A stretch of 62,783 nucleotides of DNA from Hyphomicrobiales bacterium (GTDB lineage Bacteria; Pseudomonadota; Alphaproteobacteria; Rhizobiales; Aestuariivirgaceae), in assembly GCA_027024225.1 (NCBI GenBank), contig JALVSR010000132.1:1-62783 (forward strand), read 5' to 3'. Positions 10,044 through 32,011 of the stretch are shown in pieces. A program made the position numbers and the translations under genes. The notes beneath the pieces were generated by a model. That model saw nothing but the letters and a program-made list of their open reading frames with translations. It was not told the origin of the DNA and did no database searches. Position 1 is the first letter of the stretch. Each line of letters opens with the position of its first letter.

Positions 10044-10892
10044 TCAGCCTTTTTCCAGTTCGGTGGCGCGCTTGCGCTCCAACATGTTGATGATCATCGC
10101 CGCGGTCTCTTCCACCGCGCGGCGTGTGACGTCGATAACCGGCCAGCCATGCCGAGCGCACAGCTTCTTCAGCGCCGCCACTTCCGAGGCGATGGCGCGT
10201 CGCTCCGCATAGTTGCGCACGTCTTCCGCGCCGATGTCGTCCAGCCGGTTGCGCCGCAGACCGGACAAGGCCCGGGTTGTGGCCACCAGCCCCACGATGA
10301 GCGGCTCCTTCAGCCGAAACAGCTCCTTCGGCAGGCTTTCCACGCTTATGAAGGGAATATTGGCGGTGCGATAGCCCTGGTTGGCCAGGTAGATGCTCGT
10401 GGGGGTTTTCGAGGTGCGCGACAGCCCGATGAGGATGATGTCCGCCTCGTCCAATGTATCGGCGTTCTGCCCGTCGTCATGCATCATGGCATAATCCAGC
10501 GCCCGCATGCGGGCGAAATAATGTTCGTCCAACGCCGGGCGGGGGCTTTTCACCAGCTTCTCGTGCGTGTTCAGGTAGGCCGAGAGCATTTCCACCAGCG
10601 GATCCAGCACGCCCAGGCAGGGCAGGCCCTGTTCGCGACAGAAGTGCTCCAGCCGCTGGCGCTGCTCCGGGTTGCTGATGGCGTGCAGCACCAGCCCGGG
10701 TTCTTCCTCCAGCCGCTCCAGCACGGCCTTCATTTCCGCCGGCGCACGCACCAGCACATGCTGATGCACCAAGGGCTGATGGCCGGGAAAGAACAGCAAG
10801 GCCTTGTCCAGCAACTGGCGCAGCCCCTCACCAGTGGTGTCGGACACCAGGTGCACGTGGAAATAACTTCCGGCGGAGGCCTTCCTGTTCAT
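10044..10892 (-). CDS. PPDK/PEP synthase regulatory protein (DUF299 kinase/pyrophosphorylase)
   Basis: HLVSDTTG, HDDG, GLSRTSKTPTSIYLAN, IDVTRRAVEETA. Confidence 0.9.
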   Translation of the reverse strand: MNRKASAGSYFHVHLVSDTTGEGLRQLLDKALLFFPGHQPLVHQHVLVRAPAEMKAVLERLEEEPGLVLHAISNPEQRQRLEHFCREQGLPCLGVLDPLVEMLSAYLNTHEKLVKSPRPALDEHYFARMRALDYAMMHDDGQNADTLDEADIILIGLSRTSKTPTSIYLANQGYRTANIPFISVESLPKELFRLKEPLIVGLVATTRALSGLRRNRLDDIGAEDVRNYAERRAIASEVAALKKLCARHGWPVIDVTRRAVEETAAMIINMLERKRATELEKG

Positions 10893-11160
10893 GATTCCGC
10901 CCTCATGCTTTCGTGAAGGAATTCAAGGGATTTCCAGGAGTTGTATTCGACACCGAGAAGCAGGCCAGAGATCGATGGCAAGTCCGCCAATACTTTCGGC
11001 CAACCGGCGCAGCGGCCCGCCCGCGAAAGGACATCTTGCCACCATTCTTTTGCCAGCCGGCCAAATGTCAAGGGGATGGCCACGACGTCATCCCCGCCGA
11101 CCACGACAGCGAATGCCCTGGCGTAACAAGGCGGATTTGCGCCATGCGGCGTATGGATGA

Positions 11161-11189
11161 TTGCAATTGCCCCCCGATGATTCTTATAT
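11161..11189 (+). promoter_or_regulatory. putative sigma70 promoter of uvrB
   Basis: TTGCAA-N17-TTATAT with a GATTC site in the spacer. Confidence 0.5.
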
Positions 11190-11196
11190 CCCCCGC

Positions 11197-13521
<2,325 letters not shown>

Positions 13522-13673
13522 AACGACAGAGATCCAGGCGGTGCGCCGGTTGCCGAACGCGAAGCCCCCTTCATGGCGCGTGTTCGGCTCCCCTCGCGCC
13601 GGAATGGGTGAGCCCATGGGCCTGCCGCGTGATGCGACCACCACGCGAAAAACGCCACGGAAGGAATGAAGAC

Positions 13674-14300
13674 ATGGCGACGGGCCCGGAACGCATGGAA
13701 GACTTGCGACGACGGCGGGCCGAGCTGCGCCGGGAATCCCTGCGGCGGCGCGAGCGCCTGGCCCGCGACCTGGGACCATCCGCGGCCGCAAGCATCCGTG
13801 AGCACGGGCTGCGGCTGCTGGCCTCGTTGCGGCCGGCGCCGGCGGTGATCGCCGGTTACGTGCCGGTGCGCGGCGAGCCGGACATCATGCCGCTGTTGCG
13901 CGCGCTGGCCGAACGCGGGCATGACGTCGCCCTGCCCGTGGTGGCGGAGGAAAATGCGCCGCTGATTTTTCGTCGCTGGCGGCCGGACATGCATCTGCTG
14001 CCCGGCGCCTATGGCATCCCGGTGCCGCCCCCCACATCCGCGGAGCTGGTGCCGGACGTGGTGCTGGTGCCATTGGCGGCCTTCGACCGCGCGGGCCATC
14101 GGCTGGGCTACGGGGGTGGATATTACGACCGTACCCTGGCGCGCCTGCGGGCGGAGAGGCGAGGACGGCCGGATACGCCAACGGCCATCGGCTGCGCCTA
14201 TGCCGGGCAGGAGCTGCAAGCCATTCCCGCCCTGGAAACGGACGAACGACTGGACTGGGTGCTGACCGAACAGGGCGCGCGCCGCCTCGCCCCGCGATGA
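13674..14300 (+). CDS. ygfA: 5-formyltetrahydrofolate cyclo-ligase
   Basis: VLVPLAAFDRAGHRLGYGGGYYDRTL. Confidence 0.9.
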   Translation: MATGPERMEDLRRRRAELRRESLRRRERLARDLGPSAAASIREHGLRLLASLRPAPAVIAGYVPVRGEPDIMPLLRALAERGHDVALPVVAEENAPLIFRRWRPDMHLLPGAYGIPVPPPTSAELVPDVVLVPLAAFDRAGHRLGYGGGYYDRTLARLRAERRGRPDTPTAIGCAYAGQELQAIPALETDERLDWVLTEQGARRLAPR

Positions 14301-14319
14301 CGGAAGCCCGGCCATTCCA

Positions 14320-14967
14320 TCAAACGCCCTTCGCCGCCGCGATGAACCGCGCGATCCTTTCCGCGTCCTTCACCCCGCGTTCGCGCTCCACGCCGGAGGA
14401 GACGTCCACCATCGGCGCCCCCGTCGCGGCGATGGCCTCGGCGACGTTTTCCGGCGTCAGGCCGCCCGCCAGCATGAAGGGGCCGTCATATCCCCGCAGC
14501 CAGCGCCAGTCGAAGCTCTTGCCCATGCCGCCGGGCAGGTCGGCCTTTCCCGGGTCATGCCAGGCATCGAACAGCGGAAAGGCGATGACATCGGCGAAAT
14601 CGACCACCTGCCGCAGGTCGTCCGGCCCCTTCAGCCGAAAGGCGCGGATCATGGCGCAGCCCGTCATGTCGGCGATCTCGCGCAGCCGGGAGGGCGATTC
14701 GGCGCCATGCGCCTGGATGAAATCGGGCCGCACGGCCTTTGCGATGGCGCGCAGCTCCGCATCCGGCGCATCCACCACCAGGGCCACCACCCTGGTGGCG
14801 CCGGCGCTCTCGTCACGAACGAGCGCCGCCAGCTCCGCCGCCCGTGACAGCGACACGTGACGCGGAGAGGGTGGATAGAAGACCAGGCCGATGAAATCGG
14901 CCCCGGCCCGCACCGCCGCGCGCGCCGCTTCCGGCTCCGTCAGTCCGCAAATCTTCACCTGCGCCAC
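14320..14967 (-). CDS. trpF: phosphoribosylanthranilate isomerase
   Basis: VKICGL, QAHGAE, LAGGLTPENV, VDVSSGVE; GTG start with AGGAG RBS. Confidence 0.95.
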   Translation of the reverse strand: MAQVKICGLTEPEAARAAVRAGADFIGLVFYPPSPRHVSLSRAAELAALVRDESAGATRVVALVVDAPDAELRAIAKAVRPDFIQAHGAESPSRLREIADMTGCAMIRAFRLKGPDDLRQVVDFADVIAFPLFDAWHDPGKADLPGGMGKSFDWRWLRGYDGPFMLAGGLTPENVAEAIAATGAPMVDVSSGVERERGVKDAERIARFIAAAKGV

Positions 14968-15015
14968 CGCTTCCTCCCTCCTGGGCCACGGCCGCTTTCC
15001 GCCCCTGCCCTGGCC

Positions 15016-16323
15016 TCACAGGTCCAGGATCAGCCGTTTCGGATCCTCCAGAAACTCCTTCACCCGCACCAGGAAGGTCACGGCCTCGCGCCCGTCCACC
15101 AGCCGATGATCATAGGTCAGCGCCAGGTACATCATGGGGCGCGCCTCGATGGAACCGTCCGGCATCACCACCGGCCGCTGCATGATCTTGTGCATGCCCA
15201 ATATTCCCGTCTGCGGAAGGTTGAGAATGGGCGTGGACATGAGCGAGCCATAGACGCCGCCGTTGGTGATGGTGAAGGTGCCGCCGGTCATTTCCTCCAG
15301 CTTCAGGGTGCCGGCCCGTGCCCGCGCGGCGAAGTCGCCGATGGCCTTTTCGATCTCGGCCAGGGAGAGCGTGTCGGCCTCGCGCACCACCGGCACCACC
15401 AGCCCCTTTTCCGTGCCCACCGCCACGCCGATGTGATAGTAATTCTTGTAGATGATCTCATCGCCGTAAATCTCGGCATTCAGCTGCGGAATTTCCTTCA
15501 ATGCCTGCGTGACCGCGCGCACGAAGAAGCTCATGAACCCCAGCTTCACCCCGTGCTTGCGCTGGAACAGCTCCTTGTAGGCATTGCGCAGGTTGATGAT
15601 CTCGCTCATGTCCACCTCGTTGAAGGTGGTGAGCATGGCGGCGGTGTTCTGCGCCTCCTTCAGCCGGCGCGCGATGGTCATGCGCAGGCGCGACATCTTC
15701 ACCCGCTCCTCGCGCGCGGCATCTTCCGGCGGCACGTGGCGCGGCGCCTGCACCACCTCCGCCGGCGGCGGGGTCAGCCCGGTCTGCACCGCGCCCCCGG
15801 AGACGGCGCCGGCCGCCGGACCCGCCGCGGCCACTGCGGCCGCCGCGGCCGCGGCCGGGGTGGCGGGCTTGAGCATCTGCTCCAGCGCCTCCTGCCGCGA
15901 AATGCGCGCCTTTGCTGGCGGGGCCTCGGCCGCGGTTGCCATTTCGGCTTCGGGCCCTGCTTCCGCCCTGGCCTCCACCTTGTCCGCCTTGACCGCCTTG
16001 GCCTTTTCCGAAGGGCGCCGCTCCGGTTCCGCCGTCTTTTTCGCGGCCTCCTCCGGCCCTTCAGCGGGCTTCCTCGCGTTCGCCGCGCCTTCCTCGATGC
16101 GCGCAATCACCGCGCCCACCTGCACATCCACCCCTTCCTCCGCCAGCACCTCGGCCAGCACACCGGGAGCGGGGGCGGGCACCTCCACCGCCACCTTGTC
16201 GGTTTCCAGTTCCACCAATGGCTCGCCTTCTTCCACCGCTTCGCCCGGCCGCTTCAGCCAGCGGCCGATGGTGGCGCTGTTCACCGATTCGCCCAGCGAC
16301 GGCACTTTCACTTCCACGCTCAT
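15016..16323 (-). CDS. sucB: 2-oxoglutarate dehydrogenase E2 (dihydrolipoamide succinyltransferase)
   Basis: lipoyl motif [27 protein letters not shown]. Confidence 0.95.
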   Translation of the reverse strand: MSVEVKVPSLGESVNSATIGRWLKRPGEAVEEGEPLVELETDKVAVEVPAPAPGVLAEVLAEEGVDVQVGAVIARIEEGAANARKPAEGPEEAAKKTAEPERRPSEKAKAVKADKVEARAEAGPEAEMATAAEAPPAKARISRQEALEQMLKPATPAAAAAAAVAAAGPAAGAVSGGAVQTGLTPPPAEVVQAPRHVPPEDAAREERVKMSRLRMTIARRLKEAQNTAAMLTTFNEVDMSEIINLRNAYKELFQRKHGVKLGFMSFFVRAVTQALKEIPQLNAEIYGDEIIYKNYYHIGVAVGTEKGLVVPVVREADTLSLAEIEKAIGDFAARARAGTLKLEEMTGGTFTITNGGVYGSLMSTPILNLPQTGILGMHKIMQRPVVMPDGSIEARPMMYLALTYDHRLVDGREAVTFLVRVKEFLEDPKRLILDL

Positions 16324-16343
16324 GATTCGGGCTCTCCTGATTG

Positions 16344-19349
<3,006 letters not shown>

Positions 19350-19537
19350 GGCTGTTCAAACCGGCCGCAAGGGGCCGGTCCTCCTGCCTGAAGGAAGGTT
19401 GCGTTGGTGGATGGGTTGGAAGGTGTGGAAGCGAAGGAAATGCCGGAAGTCATGATACCGCTCCTTTCCGGCAGGATGTGGGATGTTCGGAACCTGCGTC
19501 CAATAACGAGCCCGTGAACCCGTTCCGCGTTGATGTC

Positions 19538-20419
<882 letters not shown>

Positions 20420-20443
20420 GTCTCACACTCCCTGCATCCGCCT

Positions 20444-21628
<1,185 letters not shown>

Positions 21629-21687
21629 GGGCTTCTCCGGCTGCTCACGGGCTGATCGTTCTCTCCTCACCGTGCGGCGAGGGCGTC

Positions 21688-22830
<1,143 letters not shown>

Positions 22831-23013
22831 TCAGCTATAACCCCACGCCCGCCCATGGACAACAGGAAAAACGCAAGCCCCGCCAGGCAATTCGGCGCGC
22901 GCTGCGCCAGATTGGCGCCCGGACATGAAAAGAGCCGCTCCGGAGCGCGCCGGAACGGCCTTGTCGTTCATTTCTCACTGGTCATCTCGACGCTCGGATC
23001 CGTGCACCCCGGA

Positions 23014-23199
23014 TCAGTATTCATCCTTTGGCGGCAGCACCTGACGGCCGCGATACATGCCCGTCTTCAGGTCGATGTGATGCGGCCGGCGCAGCTCGCC
23101 GGTCTGCTTGTCTTCCACCCAGGTCACGGTTTCCTTGCGATGCCCGCCGCGGCGCTTGCCGATGCGCGAACGGGTAACCTTCTTTTTCGGAACGGCCAT
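23014..23199 (-). CDS. rpmF: 50S ribosomal protein L32
   Basis: MAVPKKK...[22 protein letters not shown]. Confidence 0.97.
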   Translation of the reverse strand: MAVPKKKVTRSRIGKRRGGHRKETVTWVEDKQTGELRRPHHIDLKTGMYRGRQVLPPKDEY

Positions 23200-23603
23200 G
23201 GTTCAGCTCCATCTCGTTGGCATGTTGCGCGCCGGGTGAAACACCTGCCCCGCGCCCGCTTCGAACAGAATGCGCCGGCCGGTGCGATTCGCGCGCAGGA
23301 CACATCCGTTGCACGTTGCATGATTGCGATGCCGCGCCTTATACCGCAAGCACCGTGCGGATTTCCAGCAAAAAATGTGCCCCACATGCCCCCCTTGCGC
23401 CAGCGTCATGTCACGGCGCCGTCCCACGCCAACAAACGGAACGCCCAATGCGCCAATTTCTTGGCGGACGATGGGCTGGCACATCTTTTCAGCCGCGCGT
23501 GGTGCTGCTATGACCCCTGACAACGAGGGGAACCAAGGCCCCCCGGCCCATGTGTGCCTGCACATGTCCGCGGGCGGTCTTTGCGAACGACGGGAACGTG
23601 CCC

Positions 23604-24419
23604 ATGAGCAACCTCAAGCTGGCGGTGGCGGGGGCGGCCGGACGCATGGGGCGCGCCATCACGAAGGTCCTGCTGGAGACCGGGGGCGTGGAGGTGGCTG
23701 GCGGCCTGGAGGCGAAGGGCTCTCCGTTCATCGGCCGCGACATGGGCGAGCTGGCAGGTGTGGGTGCCATCGGCGTCGCCATTTCCGACGATCCGCCGGG
23801 GCTGCTGAGTCGGGTGGACGGCATCATCGATTTCACCACGCCAGCCACCTCGATATACCTGGCCGAGTTGGCCGCGCAGGCGCGCATCGTGCACGTGGTG
23901 GGGACCACCGGTTTTTCCGCCGAAGACGAAAGGGCCTTCGAGGCCGCCGCGCGGCACGCGCCCATCGTCAAGGCCGGCAACATGAGCCTGGGCGTGAACC
24001 TGCTGGTGGCGCTCACGCGCAAGGTGGCCGCCCTGCTGGGCGAGGAATTCGATATCGAGATCGTCGAGATGCACCATCGGCACAAGGTGGACGCCCCTTC
24101 CGGCACCGCGCTCATGCTGGGCCGCGCCGCTGCCGAAGGACGCGGCATCGACCTGGAGGAAAAGGCTGTCTGGTGCCGGCACGGCCACACCGGCCCACGC
24201 GAGGAAGGCGCCATCGGCTTCGCCACCCTGCGCGGCGGCACCGTGGTGGGAGATCATGCGGTCATCTTCGCCGGGCCGGAGGAACGCATCGAGCTGGCGC
24301 ACAAGGCCGGCTCACGGGAGATCTTCGCCCGCGGGGCGGTGAAGGCCGCCATCTGGGCGCAGGACAAGAAGCCCGGCCTGTATTCCATGCTGGACGTCCT
24401 GGGACTGGCCGACTTGTAG
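23604..24419 (+). CDS. dapB: 4-hydroxy-tetrahydrodipicolinate reductase
   Basis: [26 protein letters not shown]. Confidence 0.97.
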   Translation: MSNLKLAVAGAAGRMGRAITKVLLETGGVEVAGGLEAKGSPFIGRDMGELAGVGAIGVAISDDPPGLLSRVDGIIDFTTPATSIYLAELAAQARIVHVVGTTGFSAEDERAFEAAARHAPIVKAGNMSLGVNLLVALTRKVAALLGEEFDIEIVEMHHRHKVDAPSGTALMLGRAAAEGRGIDLEEKAVWCRHGHTGPREEGAIGFATLRGGTVVGDHAVIFAGPEERIELAHKAGSREIFARGAVKAAIWAQDKKPGLYSMLDVLGLADL

Positions 24420-24441
24420 AACCTTGAGGAGAACCGGACAC

Positions 24442-25113
24442 ATGACAGGCACGCTGGTGCTGGTGCGCCATGGCCAGAGCGAATGGAACGAGAAGAACCT
24501 GTTCACCGGCTGGGCCGATGTGGACCTGACCGAGCTGGGAGTGCGGGAGGCGCACAAGGCGGCGCAAGCGCTGAAGGAGCGCGGACTGAAGTTCGACGAG
24601 GCCTTCACCTCGGCGCTGAAACGCGCCCAGCGAACATTGAAGATCATCCTCGAGGATCTCGGCCAGACGGATATCCCCGTGACCGAGGACAAGGCGCTGA
24701 ACGAGCGCGACTACGGCAACCTGGTGGGCATGAACAAGGACGAGGCGCGCCGCAAGTGGGGCGAGGAACAGGTGCACATCTGGCGCCGCTCCTACGACGT
24801 GCGCCCGCCCGGCGGCGAGAGCCTGAAGGACACCGCCGAGCGCGCCGTCCCCTACTTCGAGAAATACATCCTGCCCAAGGTGGAAGCGGGTGAGAACGTG
24901 CTGGTTTCGGCCCATGGCAACAGCTTGCGCGCCATCATCATGTGGCTGGAGAAGCTGACGCCGGAAGAAGTGCTGAAGCTGGAACTGGAAACCGGCGTGC
25001 CGATTCTCTACGAGCTGGACGAGAAGGGCAACATCGTGCGCAAGGAAGTGCTGCATCACGCCGAAGACGATGACGCCGGCGCGGCCGGAGAAGGGGATCA
25101 GGCGGCATCATGA
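24442..25113 (+). CDS. gpmA: 2,3-bisphosphoglycerate-dependent phosphoglycerate mutase
   Basis: [28 protein letters not shown]. Confidence 0.97.
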   Translation: MTGTLVLVRHGQSEWNEKNLFTGWADVDLTELGVREAHKAAQALKERGLKFDEAFTSALKRAQRTLKIILEDLGQTDIPVTEDKALNERDYGNLVGMNKDEARRKWGEEQVHIWRRSYDVRPPGGESLKDTAERAVPYFEKYILPKVEAGENVLVSAHGNSLRAIIMWLEKLTPEEVLKLELETGVPILYELDEKGNIVRKEVLHHAEDDDAGAAGEGDQAAS

Positions 25114-25574
25114 GCACGACGCCGGCAGTGCGGGTAAAGATAAGGCGCGCCCCGCACGCGGTCGATCTGCCCCTGCCGTCCTACGGCACGGCGCTGGCCG
25201 CCGGCATGGATCTGCACGCCGCCGTGCCTTCCGACACTCCTCTTGAGCTGAAGCCCGGCGCGCGCGCGCTGGTTTCCACCGGCCTGCACATCGCCCTGCC
25301 GGCGGGTTTCGAGGCGCAGGTGCGTCCACGCTCCGGCCTGGCGCTGAAACATGGCATCACCTGTCTGAACAGCCCCGGCACCATCGATGCCGATTATCGC
25401 GGCGAAATCGGCGTCATTCTCATCAACCACGGTTCCGAACCCTTCGTCATCGCGCGCGGCATGCGCATCGCCCAGCTGGTGGTGGCGCCGGTGGCGCGGG
25501 TGGAGTGGCTGGAAGTGACGGAGCTGGCTCCCACATCCCGCGCCGAGGGCGGTTTCGGCTCCACCGGCCTGTGA
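25110..25574 (+). CDS. dut: dUTP diphosphatase
   Basis: [31 protein letters not shown]. Confidence 0.97.
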   Translation: MSTTPAVRVKIRRAPHAVDLPLPSYGTALAAGMDLHAAVPSDTPLELKPGARALVSTGLHIALPAGFEAQVRPRSGLALKHGITCLNSPGTIDADYRGEIGVILINHGSEPFVIARGMRIAQLVVAPVARVEWLEVTELAPTSRAEGGFGSTGL

Positions 25575-25658
25575 ATTCCCCACCGGGCGTGATCCGGCCC
25601 GTGAAACCGGGATCGCGTTCATCGCGTTCATGGCGCACGCACGCGGCATCGCCCGCCG

Positions 25659-26327
25659 TCACGACATGATGGCGAAGTCCTTCAGCACGGCCACGACCCC
25701 CGTGATCACGAACTGCACCGCCAGCGCCGCCAGGATGATGCCCAGCAGGCGTGAAATGGCCCGCACGGCCGTGTCGCTCAGCAGGCGCCCGGCGTGCGAG
25801 GCGGCGAAGAACAGCGCCCAGGTGATCGCCAACACCGCCAACAGGGTGGCGAGGATGGCCGCTTGTGCGGCCACATCGCCACGCGCATGGCCCATGAGCA
25901 GGATGATGGAGGTGATGGCGCCGGGGCCGGCGATCAGTGGAATGCCCAGCGGAAACACCCAGATGTCCTGGCCGTCCGCAAGCTCGGCTTCGGTGGATGC
26001 CGGCTGGTCCTTGCGCAGCGTCCGCCTGCGCCGTTCCGCCCGCTTCTCGAACAGCATCTCCAGCGCGATGAGAAACAGCAGGATGCCGCCGGCGATGCGA
26101 AAAGCCGGGATGGTGATGCCGAACAGCCGCAGGATGGCCTCGCCGAAAAAGGCGAACAACAGCAGAATGGCCACCGCCAGCAGCACCGCGCGGGTGGCCA
26201 CCTGGCGCTGTATCGTGTGTGGCTGCCCTTGCGTGAGGGCGAGAAAAATCGGTGTGAGCCCCAGCGGATCGATGATGACGAACAAGGTGGCGAAGGCGGG
26301 CAGGATCACCTCTGTCCAGAGCTGCAT
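25659..26327 (-). CDS. MarC family membrane protein
   Basis: LFVIIDPLG, AFRIAGGILL, FPLGIPLIAGPGAI. Confidence 0.9.
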   Translation of the reverse strand: MQLWTEVILPAFATLFVIIDPLGLTPIFLALTQGQPHTIQRQVATRAVLLAVAILLLFAFFGEAILRLFGITIPAFRIAGGILLFLIALEMLFEKRAERRRRTLRKDQPASTEAELADGQDIWVFPLGIPLIAGPGAITSIILLMGHARGDVAAQAAILATLLAVLAITWALFFAASHAGRLLSDTAVRAISRLLGIILAALAVQFVITGVVAVLKDFAIMS

Positions 26328-26573
26328 GGGCAGGCCTCGTGTTGATGTTCTCGACAATAGCGATGGATACCGCTGCGCGAGAAAACGTCTTTTCGGCGCG
26401 TGCGGAAAGGACTCTCGTCACCATAACAGCACTGGCAAGGCTGGCAAAAGTCGGCAGGACTGCTAAAAGAGGCGCATCATTTTCGTTCACAGGTTGCGGA
26501 AGCCGAAGGCCGCGCCCCTGCCGGCGGCGGTGGTTGATGGCCTGCAACGAGCCGAATGAGACGGGAGACATTC

Positions 26574-29258
<2,685 letters not shown>

Positions 29259-29283
29259 GCCCACGATCACGAACGGGAGGCCT

Positions 29284-30171
29284 TCAGGCCGCCTCGGCCC
29301 GCCACCATACCGCGCGTCCGTGGGCGTCGGCCTCGGCGAGGAGTGTCTGCTCGCCGCCGGGCCACAGGCGCAACCGCAAACGCATTCGCGCGCCATCATC
29401 CAACTCGCAGGCCAGCCACGCGAGCGGAGCGCCGGGCGTGGCCTGCCGGCCGACGTCCTCCATGTGTTCGCGAATCGCCGCGCGATCCGCTTCCGGCAGG
29501 TAGGTGAGGACCAGGGAATGGAACAGCACCCGTGCCTGGCCGGGGGCGACGGTGGGGCGAATGCGCCGGCACACCCACGCGCGCGGCTTCAGCAACAGGG
29601 GCGATGAACGATCGCCACCCCGCCACGCACCCAGCCGGTAGGCGTAGCGGTCGAGCACGAGGTTGAGCCCGGCGCTGGCGCCGATCTCGAAAATCGCCAG
29701 CGGCAGGGACGTGCGCCGGGCGATGGTCATCATGCCCGGATACAGCAGCGCCGCCCGCGCGACCTCGTTGGTTTGCGGCGGATTGTCCAGCCAGGCGGTC
29801 AGTTCCGCGTCATGTGCCTCGATGGCTTGAGCCAGGACACGCTCGAGGTCGCCATCCGCGACATCGTCGGGGGCGGCGCGTGGCGGATAAAGGGCGGCCA
29901 GCGCCGGGGTACGACCGCCACGCGCCAGCGCGTGCAGGGCGCCGGCGGCACGCAGGGCCAGGGCATCGGCGGTGGCCTCGGGGTTGCCTGGCCAGCGAAG
30001 AATGCGCGCGCCAAAGGCCGTGCGCGAGGTCAGGATGCGCGCGAGGATGCGCAACACGCGAGCGGTGAAACGCGACCCGAGATCCTCACAGATCCGCGCC
30101 TGGTCGCGAAACGCGGCGCGCACCCGGGACGCGCCAGCGTCGATGGGCGAAGATGAACGCGCGTTTTCCAT
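29284..30171 (-). CDS. DUF2332 family protein, apparently internally deleted (possible pseudogene)
   Basis: QARICEDLGS, LRAAGALHAL, PPQTNEVAR, EIGASAGLNL, VLFHS; central segment appears missing near 29580. Confidence 0.75.
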   Translation of the reverse strand: MENARSSSPIDAGASRVRAAFRDQARICEDLGSRFTARVLRILARILTSRTAFGARILRWPGNPEATADALALRAAGALHALARGGRTPALAALYPPRAAPDDVADGDLERVLAQAIEAHDAELTAWLDNPPQTNEVARAALLYPGMMTIARRTSLPLAIFEIGASAGLNLVLDRYAYRLGAWRGGDRSSPLLLKPRAWVCRRIRPTVAPGQARVLFHSLVLTYLPEADRAAIREHMEDVGRQATPGAPLAWLACELDDGARMRLRLRLWPGGEQTLLAEADAHGRAVWWRAEAA

Positions 30172-30339
30172 GCCGCCATTGTCGCCCATGAAAGGAATTT
30201 TCACAAATCGTGGCGGAAAGACACCACGCACCGCGCGCTCCAGCCGGTGGTCGTCCGGCTGTCCGATTCGTAAGTTGCCCCTTCCCATGTCATGCGATAG
30301 AGCTTGTAGCGGGCAGAACGAGGGAAGGGTGCGCGTGTC

Positions 30340-31068
30340 ATGTTCAACTATTTGGCCAACCCCAACCGTTTCTTGCGATTCCAGCAAAGGGTGCAGCCCT
30401 GGCTGGTGGCGCTGACGGTGCTGGTGCTTGGCTATGGCCTGTATCTGGGCCTCGTGGTGGCGCCACCCGACTATCAGCAGGGCGAGACGGTGCGCATCAT
30501 GTTCGTGCACGTGCCGGCGTCCTCCCTGGCCATGGGCATTTACATATTCATGGCCGTGGCCCATGCGCTGGGCTTCGTGTTGCGTCACCCGCTGGCCGAT
30601 GCCGCGGCGAAGGTGGCCGCGCCCATCGGCGCGGTGTTCACCCTCATCTCGCTGTCTACCGGCGCGCTGTGGGGCAAGCCCATGTGGGGCACCTGGTGGG
30701 TGTGGGACGCCCGGCTGACCTCCATGTTCGTGCTGTTTCTGCTCTACTTGGGTTACATCGCCGTGTGGCAGGCGGTGGAAGAGCCACACCGCGCCGCGCG
30801 CGTGGCGGGCATCGTGGCGCTGGTGGGCGTCATCAACATTCCCATCATCAAGTTTTCGGTGGAATGGTGGAACACGCTGCATCAGCCGGCCTCGCTGCTG
30901 CGCGCGGATGGCCCGGCGATTGACAGCAGCATCCTCACGCCGCTGTTGTGGAACATGGCCGGATATGCCCTGCTGTTCGTCACCCTGCTGCTGTATGCCC
31001 TGCGGGCGGAGGTGCTGGCCCGTCGGGCGCGGCAAATGGAGCTTGCCCAGGCCGGGGCCAGGCTGTAA
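30340..31068 (+). CDS. ccmC: heme exporter protein C
   Basis: MFVHVPA, WWD motif WGKPMWGTWWVWDARLTS, WWNTLHQ. Confidence 0.97.
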   Translation: MFNYLANPNRFLRFQQRVQPWLVALTVLVLGYGLYLGLVVAPPDYQQGETVRIMFVHVPASSLAMGIYIFMAVAHALGFVLRHPLADAAAKVAAPIGAVFTLISLSTGALWGKPMWGTWWVWDARLTSMFVLFLLYLGYIAVWQAVEEPHRAARVAGIVALVGVINIPIIKFSVEWWNTLHQPASLLRADGPAIDSSILTPLLWNMAGYALLFVTLLLYALRAEVLARRARQMELAQAGARL

Positions 31069-31127
31069 CCAGCAATGCATCCGGTGCGGCGCATTGTCGA
31101 ACAGGGGCAACAACGAGATTTGAACTC

Positions 31128-31355
31128 ATGGATTTCGCGGCGAAACATATTGGCTATGTGCTGGCGTCCTATGGCGTGGCCTTCGTGCTGTTGGCCATGC
31201 TCATCGGCATTATCCTGGTGCGCATGCGAATGGTGAAGAAACGCCTGGCCGAACTGGAGGCGCAGGGCGCCAGCCGCCGCGCCCCGGCCCGCACCGCCGG
31301 CACCGGGCAAAAGCCGGCAAGGGTTGAACTGGTGGAAGGACATGAAGCCCCATGA
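31128..31355 (+). CDS. ccmD: heme exporter protein D
   Basis: small protein HIGYVLASYG with TM helix and charged tail, between ccmC and ccmG. Confidence 0.85.
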   Translation: MDFAAKHIGYVLASYGVAFVLLAMLIGIILVRMRMVKKRLAELEAQGASRRAPARTAGTGQKPARVELVEGHEAP

Positions 31356-32011
31356 CAAACCCGCATGTTCCCGAACCGGGTTCCACGATGGACGATGAAG
31401 AAGCCGGCGGCCTCGCGAGCCTGCTGAAAGTGGCTCTTCCATTGCTGGCCTTCGCCGTGATTGTGGGCTTTTTCGTCTGGGGCCTGATATTCGGCAAACC
31501 GCGCGAAATTCCCTCCGTGCTCATCGGCAAGCCGGTCCCCGCCTTCCAGCTGCCACCCCTCGAGGGAACGCGCACGCCCGACGGCAAGCCGGTGCCCGGC
31601 CTTTCCTCCGACGATCTGAAAAAGGTGCCGGGCGTGAAGATGGTCAGCTTTTTCGCCTCCTGGTGCACCGGCTGCCTGGACGAGCATCCGTTCCTGATGG
31701 AGCTGGCAAGACGCAGGGTCATGCCCATCTACGGCATTTCCTACAAGGACGAGCCACAAAAGTCGCTGGCCTGGCTCAACCGTCATGGCAACCCTTACGA
31801 GCGCATCGGTGTGGATCTGAAGGGGCGCGTGGGCATCGATTTCGGCGTCTATGGCATTCCGGAGAGTTTCTTCATCGATGAACGCGGGGTGATCATCTAC
31901 AAGTACATCGGCCCGCTGAACCCCCGTGCATGGCAGGAAAAGGTGCTGCCGGCCCTGAAGGACGCCCGCACAAAAGCGGGGCAGGCGGCAGCGGCGGCGC
32001 AGCCACACTGA
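31352..32011 (+). CDS. ccmG: DsbE/CcmG thiol:disulfide interchange protein
   Basis: PSVLIGKPVP, FASWCTGCLDEHP, GVYGIPE. Confidence 0.93.
   Translation: MTNPHVPEPGSTMDDEEAGGLASLLKVALPLLAFAVIVGFFVWGLIFGKPREIPSVLIGKPVPAFQLPPLEGTRTPDGKPVPGLSSDDLKKVPGVKMVSFFASWCTGCLDEHPFLMELARRRVMPIYGISYKDEPQKSLAWLNRHGNPYERIGVDLKGRVGIDFGVYGIPESFFIDERGVIIYKYIGPLNPRAWQEKVLPALKDARTKAGQAAAAAQPH

Noticed and set aside
10893-11160. Chromosomal origin next to the DUF299 gene
   Set aside because: No hemE, no clear AT-rich unwinding element and only degenerate DnaA-box-like words
13522-13673. 6S RNA (ssrS) in its usual place upstream of ygfA
   Set aside because: No recognisable alphaproteobacterial 6S sequence or rod structure; a cmscan would be needed to exclude it fully
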